From contig CALKVK010000012.1 in assembly GCA_937996235.1 (NCBI GenBank), positions 145,139-209,138 on the forward strand: a DNA stretch of 64,000 nucleotides. Direction: 5' to 3'. The first letter of the stretch is position 1. The number at the start of each line of letters is the position of its first letter. Both the position numbers and the translations under genes were made by a program. Source of the stretch: an uncultured bacterium. Lineage in GTDB: Bacteria > Planctomycetota > JAJSAM01 > JAJVHW01. The notes under the pieces are model-generated. The model saw only the letters and a list, made by a program, of their open reading frames with translations, searched no databases and had not been told where the DNA came from. Positions 1-9,272 of this stretch are shown here, in pieces.

Positions 1-2144
1 GCGAGCGGCAGCACGGCGCGCACCGCGGCGGCGTGGAGGCCCCCGCGCAGGCGTGCCGCGCCGCCGGGCGCGCGCAGAGCGAAGCCGAGGTTCTCGGGCG
101 CCGCCCACGCGAGCGTGCCGTCCTCCGCGAACGCCGCGCTGCGCGGGATGTCCACGACCTCGCTCCGCTCGACGGTCTCGCCGAGGAGCGGGTCCCACAC
201 GGCGACGACGTGGTCTTCGCCCGCGCTCGCGAGGCGCGCGCCGTCGCGCGTCGCGGCGACGCAGACGACGGCGCCCTGGTGCGCGCGGATCTCGCCCGTG
301 ACGCGCAGCGCGGCACCGTCGCGGCGGACCGACAGCACGCGCCCGTCGGCCGTGCCGACGACGAACGCGTCGCCCGCCGCGGCCGCGACGCGCGGCTCGT
401 GGTCGAGATCGCACGCGGCGCTCTCGCGCAGGTCCGGCAGCGCGAGAAGCCGCACGCGTCCGCCCCGGCTCGCGACGCAGAGCGCAGCGTCGTGCGCGGC
501 GAGCGCAAGCGGCTCGTCGTCGAGACGGGCGGACGCGCGCACGGCGCCGTCGTCGAGCGCACGCAGCCACACCTCGCCGTCGGCGCCGATGCCGGCGACG
601 AGGTCGGTGCCGGGCACCGCCGCGAGGGCGCGGGCACCGCTGCCGTGCGGCGCGAGCACACGTTCGCAGGTGAACCAAGGCCGCAGCGTGCCCTCGCAGC
701 GCGCTGCGAGGGTGCGCAGCCGCGGCAGGTCGTCGGGCGGCACGCCGAGCGCGACGGCCTCGCGCAGCGCATCGCGTGTGCGCCCGTACCAGTCGGTGTC
801 GTGCGCCGCGAGCCGCGCGCCCGCCTCCTCGACGAGCGCACGCCGCAGATTCGCGCGGGCGATGTCGCGCTCCGCGACGACGCGCGCGAAGGCCAACGAC
901 GCGACGAGTGCGATCACCCCCGCGCTCGCGCCGAGCGTCGCCGCCAGCGCCGGCTCGCGTCGCACCCACAGCGCGGTGCGGCGCAGCGCGCCGGGCGGCC
1001 GCGCGCGCACCGGCTCGCGCGCGAGGAAGCGGCGCAGGTCGTCGGCGAACGCGCGCGCCGTCGCGTAGCGCTCGCCCGGCTCGTGCGCGAGCGCCTTCGC
1101 GCAGACGGTCGCGAGGTCCGCGGGGACCTCGGGTGCGAGGCGCGCGATCGGCGTCGGCCGCGCGTGCAGCACGGCGTGGACGACGCTCGCCGCCGAGCCG
1201 CCGACGTACGGCGGGCGCCCCGTCAGCAGCTCGTAGAGGACGGCGCCGAGACCGTAGACATCGGTGCGCGCGTCCACGGCGGCCGCGTCGCCGCGCGCCT
1301 GCTCGGGCGCCATGTACGCCGGTGTGCCGAGCACGTCGCCCGCGCGCGTGAGCGCCGGCTCGCCGCGCGCGAGGTGCGCGAGGCCGAAGTCCGCGAGCAC
1401 CGGGCGACCGCCCGCCGCGAGCAGCACGTTCGCGGGCTTCACGTCGCGGTGCACGATGCCGTATGCGTGCGCGTACTCGAGCGCGTCGGCGAGCCGGGCC
1501 ACGAGCTCCGCGGACGCGTCGGGGGGGAGGCGGCGCGCCGTGATCGCGCGCGCGAGGCTCTCGCCCTCGATGAAGTCCGAGACGATGAACGGCCGCCCGC
1601 CGCACGTGCCGACCTCGTGCACGCTGACGATGCCGGGATGGCGGAGCTGCGCCGTGCTGCGCGCCTCGCGCACGAGCCGCGCGGCGAGCAGCGGGTCGTC
1701 GAGCAGATCCTCGCGCGGCAGCTTCACCGCGACGTCGCGCGCGAGCTGAGGGTCGAACGCACGCCAGACCTCGGCGGACGCGCCGCGTCCGACGCGCTCG
1801 CGCAGCTCGTAGCGCCCGACGTGCGACCCTGCGGCGAGCGGCGGGCGGGCGACGAACCGCGCGGCGAGCGCGGCGTGCTCCTTGAGCACGCGCGCCCGCG
1901 CGGCCGTGTCGAGCTCCGGGTGCGGGTCGCAGAGCGCGGCGGCGTCGGGCTCCGGTGCGGCGGCGTCCCACGCCTTCCAGCGCAGCTCGAGCTCGATGAG
2001 CAGCAGTTCCTCCAGGGTCGCCGCGCGGAGCGGCGAGTCCCGCGGGGGCAGGAACGCGTCGAGCGGACGCGCGCCACCGGCCAGGCGGTGCGCCTCGAAG
2101 CGGCGGCGCGCGTCCTCGTCGATGGGCACGCGCGCGTCCGCCAT
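1..2144 (-). CDS. Hanks-type Ser/Thr protein kinase with C-terminal WD40/beta-propeller-like repeats. Partial: the 3' end lies beyond the window start.
   Basis: Reverse-strand translation from ATG at 2144 (RBS-like GGCGAGGA upstream) reads MADARVPIDEDARRRFEAH. The kinase domain follows, with VGRYEL..VAVK, HRDVKPANVLL, DFGLA and APE subdomain motifs, then W/D-rich repeats. It is absent from the ORF track because there is no in-window stop. Confidence 0.85.
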   Translation of the reverse strand, partial: MADARVPIDEDARRRFEAHRLAGGARPLDAFLPPRDSPLRAATLEELLLIELELRWKAWDAAAPEPDAAALCDPHPELDTAARARVLKEHAALAARFVARPPLAAGSHVGRYELRERVGRGASAEVWRAFDPQLARDVAVKLPREDLLDDPLLAARLVREARSTAQLRHPGIVSVHEVGTCGGRPFIVSDFIEGESLARAITARRLPPDASAELVARLADALEYAHAYGIVHRDVKPANVLLAAGGRPVLADFGLAHLARGEPALTRAGDVLGTPAYMAPEQARGDAAAVDARTDVYGLGAVLYELLTGRPPYVGGSAASVVHAVLHARPTPIARLAPEVPADLATVCAKALAHEPGERYATARAFADDLRRFLAREPVRARPPGALRRTALWVRREPALAATLGASAGVIALVASLAFARVVAERDIARANLRRALVEEAGARLAAHDTDWYGRTRDALREAVALGVPPDDLPRLRTLAARCEGTLRPWFTCERVLAPHGSGARALAAVPGTDLVAGIGADGEVWLRALDDGAVRASARLDDEPLALAAHDAALCVASRGGRVRLLALPDLRESAACDLDHEPRVAAAAGDAFVVGTADGRVLSVRRDGAALRVTGEIRAHQGAVVCVAATRDGARLASAGEDHVVAVWDPLLGETVERSEVVDIPRSAAFAEDGTLAWAAPENLGFALRAPGGAARLRGGLHAAAVRAVLPL

Positions 2145-2238
2145 CGACGCATCCTCGCCGCCCCCCGACAGCGACGCGACCCCCAACCGGGACGCCGACG
2201 GCGACGCGCCCAACACCGACGCGCCCAACGCGCCCAAC

Positions 2239-2474
2239 GGGGACGCTGGCAGCTAAGTCGGGTTCCAGCCTCGACAACGTCCGCGCCGTCCGCGCCGTCC
2301 GCGGCGTCGGCGGCGCCCGCGGCGCCCGCGCCGCGCGCGCCGCGCGCGACCGCGTCCGACGTGGCGCCCGCCGACCTCGGTGGCAGAGCCGAGGCTGCAA
2401 CCCGACTTAGCTGCCAGCGTCCCCAAGAGGGCGTCCCGAGGAGGCTGGAACTCGACTTGGCTGCCGGCGTCCCC
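2239..2474. repeat. Composite inverted-repeat element. One direct copy (2239-2273) plus two tandem inverted copies (2388-2424, 2441-2474) of a ~36-bp unit, GGGGACGCTGGCAGCTAAGTCGGGTTCCAGCCTCG.
   Basis: Copy A and the reverse complement of copy B differ at 1 of 36 positions. Copy C is degenerate. The same family recurs at 6140-6336. Confidence 0.8.
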
Positions 2475-2486
2475 AAGACTGGGCGG

Positions 2487-3059
2487 GTGGACGACTGGGA
2501 GGCGCTGATCGCCGGGGTCCGGGCGGGCGAGGCCGACGCGCTCGACGCGTTCTTCCGCCGCTTCGGACCGGCGCTCGAGAGGCTCGCGGCGCGCGCGATC
2601 GAGCCGGGCATGCGCCGCCGCTTCGGACCCGAGTCCATCGCGCAGTCGGTCTGCCGCACCTTCCTGCAGCGCGCACGCGACCGGGCGTACGACCTGCCCG
2701 ACGGGGACGCCCTCTGGCGCCTGCTCTGCGCCATCGCGCTGACCAAGGTGCGCGAGCGCGCCCGCCACCACCTGCGCCAGCGCCGCGCCATGCAGCGCGA
2801 GATCCACGGCGACGCCGCCGACGACGCGCTCGCCCGCGTCTCCTCGAGCGCTCCGGGTCCGGAGGACGACGCCGCCTTCCGCGAGCAGTTCCAGACGGCG
2901 CTCGACACGCTCGACGACGAGGAGCGCAGCATCCTCGAGCTGCGTCTCGCCGCGCGCACGCAGGCCGAGATCGCCGAGGCGCTGCACATCAGCGAGCGCA
3001 CGGTGCGGCGCATCCTCGGGCGCGTCGAGGAGCGGCTGACGCAGCTCCTCGCGACCTGA
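2487..3059 (+). CDS. ECF (sigma-70 family) RNA polymerase sigma factor.
   Basis: Only the C-terminal ~190 aa of track ORF 33..3059 is protein-like. It shows region 2 (DAFFRRFGPALERLAARA, LQRAR) and region 4 (DDEERSILELRLAARTQAEIAEALHISERTVRRIL) signatures. GTG at 2487 is the proposed start; TTG at 2457 is the alternative. The upstream part of that ORF is antisense to the kinase gene. Confidence 0.8.
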   Translation: MDDWEALIAGVRAGEADALDAFFRRFGPALERLAARAIEPGMRRRFGPESIAQSVCRTFLQRARDRAYDLPDGDALWRLLCAIALTKVRERARHHLRQRRAMQREIHGDAADDALARVSSSAPGPEDDAAFREQFQTALDTLDDEERSILELRLAARTQAEIAEALHISERTVRRILGRVEERLTQLLAT

Positions 3060-3178
3060 TCTCGGGTCGCATTCCGGTCGCGTTCCGGCCGACGCGCGGC
3101 GACGACGTGTCCGGTCCGTGCGCCCGACGGCAATCCCCCGTCGGAGGGTCGCCCCAGGGGCGCCCCCCGGGAGACCCC

Positions 3179-6118
3179 ATGCGCACGCCCCAGCTCGGAG
3201 ACATCAGCCACATCGCACGGCCGACACGCCACGCCTGGCGGGCGCCGGCCCTCGCCCTCGCCGCCACGCTGCTGGTGTTCGCGCCCGCTCCCGACGCCGC
3301 GGGCGGCGGACGCCTGCGGATCTCGTCGGGCCCCACGGTGCTCACCGAGGACCCGACCGCGGGCAAGCCCGTGGACTTCCGCGCGAGCGCGGTCTTCCCC
3401 GGCGAGGAGTGGATCGGCTTCCAGTGGGACTTCGGCGACGGCGTGACCGGCGGCGGCATCACGTACCAGTCGTCCGTCACGTCGGAGGTCTCGCACGTCT
3501 TCACGACGCCGGGCACGCACCGCGTCCTCTGCACCGCCTACCACGGCTTCAAGAGCGGCGTCTTCGGCGAGGGACCGTTCAAGTACCGCATGTCGCGGAC
3601 GGTGAGCGTGAAGGTCGCGCCGTCGCTGCCTCTCACGATCGGCGTGCTGACGGTGGACGGCGAGAACATCGCCGCGCGCGACGGCAGCGGGAAGCGCTAC
3701 CGCGTCTCGGGCAACGTGCGCATCAACGGCGGGCTGACGCTCTCGAACGACATCGACGTCGACTTCGAGAAGGTGACGGTCACGATCGCCGGCGCTCTGG
3801 GCGTCCCCGGCGCGGGCAGCTACGCCGACGGGCTCGCGTTCGCGCAGAACATCACGCTCGACGCCGCGACCGGTGGCTTCGCGAGCGTGGACCTGCCGCG
3901 CGTGAGCGCGTCGTTCGACGTGCACGGTCTCGCCGCGAAGCTCGAGAACGTGCGGATCGTGGGCGCGGGGATCGAGTTCGACTTCGAGGTGCGCATCCCG
4001 CGCATCTCGCAGGACCCCGCCGCACCCACGGAGCCGCCGGCGCCTGGCGCGCCGCTCGACCTCTCGCACGTCTACCCGAAGGCGCCGTCGCCGAAGCAGC
4101 TCGCCGCGCTGTCGTTCAAGCAGTTCCGCGTCGACGCGGTCGCGCCCTACCTGCACCCGCTCGGCGAGACGAAGGCGACGATCTCGAACGTGCCGCTCGG
4201 CTTCGCCGGGACGAAGTGGGGCATCGAGTCGCTCGAGGCGGGCATCGACCCGTCGCAGGAGCGCTTCTTCGGCTCGTTCCTGCTGAAGCTGCCGACCGAC
4301 CGCGGCGTCGGCGCGACGTTCGAGATCCGCGAGGGGCAGCTCGAGAAGGTCGGCGCGACGCTGCAGGGCAAGCTGCCGTTCTGGACGTTCACGGGCGCAC
4401 TCGACGCCATCTACGTCAACACGCTCTCGGGCAACGTCGTGAACCTCGCGCAGCTCGAGGGCCAGCCGCCGCGCACGCCGATGGTCGTCTGCGGCGCGTT
4501 CGATCCGGGCACGGGCAACGTGTCCGAGGACGGCATCGTGATCGAGTGGGGCCCGTCCACGAACCTCGTCGGGCAGAACGTGCTCACGCCGCTGCGGCTG
4601 CGCGGCGCGTGCACGTTCGATCCGTTCTGGAACGTCGCGGCCGCCGGACAGCTCTCCGTGTTCGAGGACGTGTTCGGCGAGCGCATGCGGCTCGTCGACG
4701 CGCAGGGCTCGTTCCACCCGGCGCCGGACGGCACCGAGGGCGGCACCTGGATGCTGCGCGGCGACCTGGTGTTCGACCCGCTCTTCGCGCTGAGCGCGGA
4801 TCTCACGACGACGTACGCGCCGGGCGAGTTCCGCGCGACGGCCTACGGCAACGGCACGACGCTCCTGCCGTCCGACCACTGGATCGCGGCCGTCGTGCCG
4901 CAGCTCGAGGCGAGCGTCGAGTGGACGTGGCGCTCGGGCCCGTTCCCGCGCAACCGCCTCTACGCGCGGGGGCACGTGGACGTGCCCGGCACGTACCCCG
5001 TGCTGGCTCAGGTGCTGAACGGCCGCGGTGTCGGCTGGTCGTACGACTTCGAGACCGGCGAGACGTCGTGGCAGGTCACCGACGTCGTCACCGACGTCTC
5101 CCCCGGCAAGGCCGTGGCGCGCACGGGCACCGTCGCGGGCGGCGCGGGCGCGCAGGGGCTCGTGGTGACGCTGCGCCACGCGAGCGGCTCGGGCGCCTTC
5201 GACCTGCGCCTGCCCGACGGCACCGTGCTCACGCCCGCGTCCGCGGACGGTCAGGACGTCGACTTCGTGGACGGTCCCGCGGTCGCGTTCTACGCGCTGC
5301 GCAGCGCTCCGGACGGCACGTACACCGCGCAGTTCGACGACGCCGCGCTCGGCTCGTACGACGTCAGCTTCTTCATCCCCGCCGCGCTGCCGGAACTCGA
5401 CGTGACGACGCCCGCCACGGCGACGACGCTCGCGCGCTACGACACCGCGGACGTCGCGTTCAGCGTCTCCGGCGTCGCCGCCGACGCGCCCGTGCGCGTG
5501 CTCCTCGACGACGACGGCGTGCCGGGCGGCGGGTTCGTCGTCGCGACGGGCGGCGCCGCGGACGGCTCGCTCGCGATCGACCTCGCGCAGGTCCCGGCGG
5601 GCACCTACGACGTCGTCGTCGAGGCGCTCGGCGAGGACGGCGCGCCGGTGCGCGGCACGGCTCCGGGGCACGTGGTCGTCGAGGAGCACGTCGCCGTCGC
5701 CGTCACGAGGGGCTCGCTCGTGGACGGTCCGAAGGCCGGGAAGGACAAGGTCTCCGTCGCGGGCACGCTGCGCTTCGCAGGCTCCGCGCCGGCGCAGCTC
5801 TTCGACCCGCAGACCGAGACGCTGCACGTCGTGCTCGGCGGCGACGCCGCGCCCCTCGCCATCGACGTGCCGGCCGGCGACCTCGGCTGGAAGGCGAACG
5901 CGAAGGGCGTGCTGAAGTGGCGGAGTCCGAAGGGCGCGACGCCCGTCGTCGCGCTGCTCCTCGACCCCGTGAAGCGCCGCTTCAGCGTGAAGGCGACGAA
6001 GGCCGAGTTCACGACGCCGGCGGTCAACCCCGTGCGCTTCGAGCTCGTCTTCGGCTCGGACCGCGCGTCGGACACGGCGGAGTGGACCGAGAAGGCGCCG
6101 GGCCGCCTCGTGCGCTGA
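3179..6118 (+). CDS. Large secreted PKD-domain protein (~979 aa).
   Basis: Internal Met at 3179 gives a signal peptide (MRTPQLGD...LALAATLLVFAPAPDAAGG). A PKD motif follows (WDFGDGVTGGG...HVFTTPGTHRV). Composition is non-biased, unlike the overlapping Arg-rich ORF 3118..6387. Confidence 0.8.
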   Translation: MRTPQLGDISHIARPTRHAWRAPALALAATLLVFAPAPDAAGGGRLRISSGPTVLTEDPTAGKPVDFRASAVFPGEEWIGFQWDFGDGVTGGGITYQSSVTSEVSHVFTTPGTHRVLCTAYHGFKSGVFGEGPFKYRMSRTVSVKVAPSLPLTIGVLTVDGENIAARDGSGKRYRVSGNVRINGGLTLSNDIDVDFEKVTVTIAGALGVPGAGSYADGLAFAQNITLDAATGGFASVDLPRVSASFDVHGLAAKLENVRIVGAGIEFDFEVRIPRISQDPAAPTEPPAPGAPLDLSHVYPKAPSPKQLAALSFKQFRVDAVAPYLHPLGETKATISNVPLGFAGTKWGIESLEAGIDPSQERFFGSFLLKLPTDRGVGATFEIREGQLEKVGATLQGKLPFWTFTGALDAIYVNTLSGNVVNLAQLEGQPPRTPMVVCGAFDPGTGNVSEDGIVIEWGPSTNLVGQNVLTPLRLRGACTFDPFWNVAAAGQLSVFEDVFGERMRLVDAQGSFHPAPDGTEGGTWMLRGDLVFDPLFALSADLTTTYAPGEFRATAYGNGTTLLPSDHWIAAVVPQLEASVEWTWRSGPFPRNRLYARGHVDVPGTYPVLAQVLNGRGVGWSYDFETGETSWQVTDVVTDVSPGKAVARTGTVAGGAGAQGLVVTLRHASGSGAFDLRLPDGTVLTPASADGQDVDFVDGPAVAFYALRSAPDGTYTAQFDDAALGSYDVSFFIPAALPELDVTTPATATTLARYDTADVAFSVSGVAADAPVRVLLDDDGVPGGGFVVATGGAADGSLAIDLAQVPAGTYDVVVEALGEDGAPVRGTAPGHVVVEEHVAVAVTRGSLVDGPKAGKDKVSVAGTLRFAGSAPAQLFDPQTETLHVVLGGDAAPLAIDVPAGDLGWKANAKGVLKWRSPKGATPVVALLLDPVKRRFSVKATKAEFTTPAVNPVRFELVFGSDRASDTAEWTEKAPGRLVR

Positions 6119-6139
6119 CCAAGACGGAGACGCCGAGAC

Positions 6140-6336
6140 GGGGACGCTGGCAGCTAATTCGGGTTCCAGCCTCGAGATCGACACGACAGCCAGGTCGGCG
6201 CTCTGCGCGGAGGGCAACCACCCTGGTCGAGCCGAGGCTGGAACGCCACGTGGCCGCCGGCGTCCCCTGCGGACTGCGTCGCGCGACGGCCGTGCTGAAG
6301 CCGAGGCTGGAACCCGACTTAGCTGCCAGCGTCCCC
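6140..6336. repeat. Second locus of the same ~36-bp inverted-repeat element family. Direct copy 6140-6174; degenerate inverted copy 6231-6267; near-perfect inverted copy 6300-6336.
   Basis: Copy D (GGGGACGCTGGCAGCTAATTCGGGTTCCAGCCTCG) differs from copy A at 1 position. The reverse complement of copy F is identical to A apart from its ends. The locus starts 22 bp after the PKD gene stop. Confidence 0.8.
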
Positions 6337-6420
6337 CGGGTCCGCGTCCCCCGGGTCCCCGGGGTCTCCCGGGTTCGGATTCGCTGACGGCCGGCGCCGT
6401 ACGTACGGATCCTGCACACC

Positions 6421-7137
6421 ATGCTGTTCGACCCCGTCTACTGGATCGTGATCGGCATCGGGATGGCGCTCAGCCTTGCGGCGAGCGCCCTCGTGAAGGG
6501 CCGCTTCGCGAAGTACTCGCAGATCGGCACGCGCTCGCGCATGACCGGCGCGGACATCGCGCGCGCGATCCTGCGCGACAACGGCATCCACGACGTCACC
6601 GTGGAGCGCGTGCCGGGGAACCTGACCGACCACTACGACCCGCGCGGGAAGATGCTGCGGCTCTCGGAGCCGGTCTACGCCAGCAACAGCATGGCCGCGT
6701 TCGGCATCGCGGCGCACGAGGTCGGCCACGCGATCCAGCACGCGCAGGGCTACGCGCTCCTCGGCTTCCGCTCGGCGTGGGTACCCGTCGCGAACGTGGG
6801 CGGCGGCATCTCGATGTTCGTGCTCTTCGCCGCCGCGTTCATGGGCGGCGCACAGACGGTCATGGGCGAGCGCCTCGCGTGGGTCGGCATCGCGCTCTTC
6901 GCGACGACCACGCTGTTCACGCTCGTCACGCTGCCGGTGGAGTTCGACGCGAGCCGCCGCGCCCTAGCAGCGCTGCGCGGCCGCTACGTCACCGACGACG
7001 AGTACGTCGGCGCGCGCAAGGTGCTGACGGCGGCGGCGCTGACCTACGTCGCCGCGTTCATCACGTCGCTCCTGACGCTGCTCTACTGGGCGTACCGCCT
7101 CGGCCTGCTCGGCGGCGGCCGCCGCCGCGACGACTGA
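6421..7137 (+). CDS. Membrane zinc metallopeptidase (Zn_peptidase_2 / YpuF-like neutral zinc metallopeptidase family).
   Basis: HEVGH zinc-binding motif, several TM helices and non-biased composition. Confidence 0.85.
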   Translation: MLFDPVYWIVIGIGMALSLAASALVKGRFAKYSQIGTRSRMTGADIARAILRDNGIHDVTVERVPGNLTDHYDPRGKMLRLSEPVYASNSMAAFGIAAHEVGHAIQHAQGYALLGFRSAWVPVANVGGGISMFVLFAAAFMGGAQTVMGERLAWVGIALFATTTLFTLVTLPVEFDASRRALAALRGRYVTDDEYVGARKVLTAAALTYVAAFITSLLTLLYWAYRLGLLGGGRRRDD

Positions 7138-7184
7138 CGCGCGACACCGCCGGGGCGCTGCGCTGACGCCGCGCGCGCCGACGC

Positions 7185-7643
7185 TCAGCGCGACTCGCCC
7201 TCCTGCCCGCTCTCCGGCTCCGGGAGCTCCACCGGGGGCTGCTCCTCCTCCGCGAGCAGGTCGATCTCGGTCGGGTCGCCGTCGAGCGTCAGCTTCGCCT
7301 CGTCGAACCGGATGGTGTTCCCGTCCTGCTGCTGCGACATCACGGCGACGACGCGACCCGAGCCCTTGCTCCCCTCGACGCGGAAGACGAGCCCGTTCTG
7401 GCGGCCGAGCTCCACGCTCTCCATCCACCGCACGTCCATCGTGGAGACGGTTCCCACGTGCTCGAGGAGCACCGGGTTCGCGCGCAGCTCGGAGCTCATC
7501 ACCTGCTCCACCGCGCCGGCTCCCACCTTCCACGCGACGATCCCGGTGCCGCAGCACAGCACCCCGATGCCGAGCAGCACCAGGAGCACGATGAGGATCC
7601 AGTTCCGCTTCTTCTTCTCGCCGCCGACGTTCCCGTCGCTCAT
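7185..7643 (-). CDS. Hypothetical membrane-anchored protein (152 aa).
   Basis: Non-biased composition (K, N, I, W present), an N-terminal TM helix (WILIVLLVLLGIGVLCC) and an acidic C-terminal tail. Confidence 0.55.
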   Translation of the reverse strand: MSDGNVGGEKKKRNWILIVLLVLLGIGVLCCGTGIVAWKVGAGAVEQVMSSELRANPVLLEHVGTVSTMDVRWMESVELGRQNGLVFRVEGSKGSGRVVAVMSQQQDGNTIRFDEAKLTLDGDPTEIDLLAEEEQPPVELPEPESGQEGESR

Positions 7644-7785
7644 GCCGTCCTCCGTGCGTCCCTGCGGACGAAGCCGTTCCCGTCGGCCGCATTCTGCGCC
7701 CGGCCGCGCCCCCGGTCAGGCATTCCCCGTGACAGCGCGGCGCGGACTCGCGGGAGGGTATGCTCGGCGCCCCGGGGAGGGATCG

Positions 7786-9207
7786 ATGTCCGTACGCCGC
7801 ATCGCCTGCATCGCCGCACTGCTCGCCGTGTGCGTCGCGCCCGCGTTCCTCGCGACGCCCGCGCGCGCGAAGGGCACGGCCGAGGACGAGCTGCGTGGGA
7901 AGCGCCGCAAGGCGCTGCTCGAGGCCGGACAGCGTCATCTCGAGATCGGCGTGTGGGCCCGCGACCAGGGCCTCGTGCCGCAGGCGACGGCCGAGTTCAT
8001 CCGTGCCGTCGAGGTCTCGGACGGACAGCACCCCGGCGCGAACAAGGTGCTGTCGATCATGCAGCGCTACGACGAGGCGTTCTGGAAGAAGCGGCGCAAG
8101 AAGCCGCACCAGGGCCTGCTCGACTCGTACGAGAAGCGCGCCGCGAAGGCGGCGGCCGCCGAGCTGGACGACCGCCTCGACATCGCGCGCTGGGCGTCGA
8201 AGAAGTCGGACCTCGCGGACGCCGCCTACGCGGAGTACGTCGACATCCTGCGCGATCTCGACCGTCCGCTCGAGCTGGACGACAAGGGCACCGTCGTCAT
8301 CGGCGGCGGGCCGATCCCCGACGCGCTGTCGGCGCGCGTCGTCGAGCACTCCGTGACGATCAACGGCAAGCGGTACGTGCGCGACGCGTTCCTCGAGAAG
8401 CTGCCCGAGGTCGGCGAGATCCACGAGGCGGTGCACGAGCGCGTGCGCGTGCGGACGATGAAGGACGACGCGCAGGCGGCGGACGTCCTCGCGCTGGCGC
8501 TCGCGCTCCTGCCGCAGCTCGAGGAGGAGACGGGCGGACGACCGACGCGGCGCATGAACGTGTTCGTCTTCACCGACAAGAAGACGTACGACGCGTACTT
8601 CGACGCCGCGGGCCTCTCCGAGCACAAGGTCGCGGCGGGGCTCGCCGTCTCCGGCATGAACATCGCGCTCGTGAACGGCGGCGGGCGGAGCGACGAGGAC
8701 GTGCGCGGCATCGCGCTGCACGAGCTGTCGCACCTGTTCGACATGGGCGTCACGCGCGGCGTGATGCCGAGCTGGTACCGCGAGGGCTTCGCGGAGACGT
8801 TCGGCGGCACCGGCACCTTCGCCTGGGACGGGACGACGCTGACGCTCGGCGGCAAGATGGCGTCGTTCCGGCTCGGCGCCGTGAAGGACGGCGCGCAGCG
8901 CATCCCGCTGCGTGAGCTGTTCACGTCGTCCGCGCACGCGCTGCTCACCACCGACCGCAACCGGGCCGCGGTCTTCTACGCCGAGTCGTGGGCGCTCATG
9001 CGCTACTTCCGCGAGGGCGCGACCGACGACGTGCGCGAGGCCTTCGACACGTGGCAGGCGTTCTGCCGCGGCGCCGCGATCGGCGCGAAGATCGGCGACC
9101 GCGACGCGAGCGACGGCACGGCGACGATCGCGGAGTTCGAGCGCCTGGTCGGCCCCCACCTCGACCGCATCGAGACCGAGTTCGCGACGTTCGTCGAGTC
9201 GCTCTGA
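7786..9207 (+). CDS. Secreted protein with HExxH motif; putative zinc-dependent peptidase (DUF1570/peptidase-MA-like).
   Basis: Signal peptide MSVRRIACIAALLAVCVAPAFLATPARA starts at 7786. HELSHLFD motif is present. The upstream part of track ORF 7312..9207 is antisense to the 7185-7643 gene. Confidence 0.75.
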   Translation: MSVRRIACIAALLAVCVAPAFLATPARAKGTAEDELRGKRRKALLEAGQRHLEIGVWARDQGLVPQATAEFIRAVEVSDGQHPGANKVLSIMQRYDEAFWKKRRKKPHQGLLDSYEKRAAKAAAAELDDRLDIARWASKKSDLADAAYAEYVDILRDLDRPLELDDKGTVVIGGGPIPDALSARVVEHSVTINGKRYVRDAFLEKLPEVGEIHEAVHERVRVRTMKDDAQAADVLALALALLPQLEEETGGRPTRRMNVFVFTDKKTYDAYFDAAGLSEHKVAAGLAVSGMNIALVNGGGRSDEDVRGIALHELSHLFDMGVTRGVMPSWYREGFAETFGGTGTFAWDGTTLTLGGKMASFRLGAVKDGAQRIPLRELFTSSAHALLTTDRNRAAVFYAESWALMRYFREGATDDVREAFDTWQAFCRGAAIGAKIGDRDASDGTATIAEFERLVGPHLDRIETEFATFVESL

Positions 9208-9272
9208 CGCGGCGCGCGCAGCGCCGTCGGGGATCGCGGGACGGCGCGCGAGAGCCGCGTCAGACTGCTGCC

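Noticed and set aside
33-3059. 1008-aa plus-strand ORF
   Set aside because: The first ~800 aa are Arg/Ala-rich antisense translation of the minus-strand Ser/Thr kinase gene. Only the C-terminal ~190 aa (ECF sigma) are real, so it was re-called as 2487..3059.
1724-6217. 1497-aa minus-strand ORF spanning the kinase, sigma and PKD genes
   Set aside because: Extreme R/A/G/S bias with no motifs. It is antisense to three well-supported genes, a typical high-GC artefact.
2239-6336. Integron attC sites / integron cassette interpretation of the inverted-repeat arrays
   Set aside because: No intI integrase and no attI nearby. The repeats are far more conserved than attC sites and the arrays contain three copies each. 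Kept as a novel repeat finding instead.
2239-6336. Insertion sequence / transposon bounded by the repeats
   Set aside because: No transposase, integrase or target-site duplication recognisable. Mobility is suggested only by the bracketing repeats.
3118-6387. 1089-aa plus-strand ORF overlapping the PKD gene in another frame
   Set aside because: Arg-rich low-complexity translation, whereas the PKD frame has a signal peptide and domain motifs.
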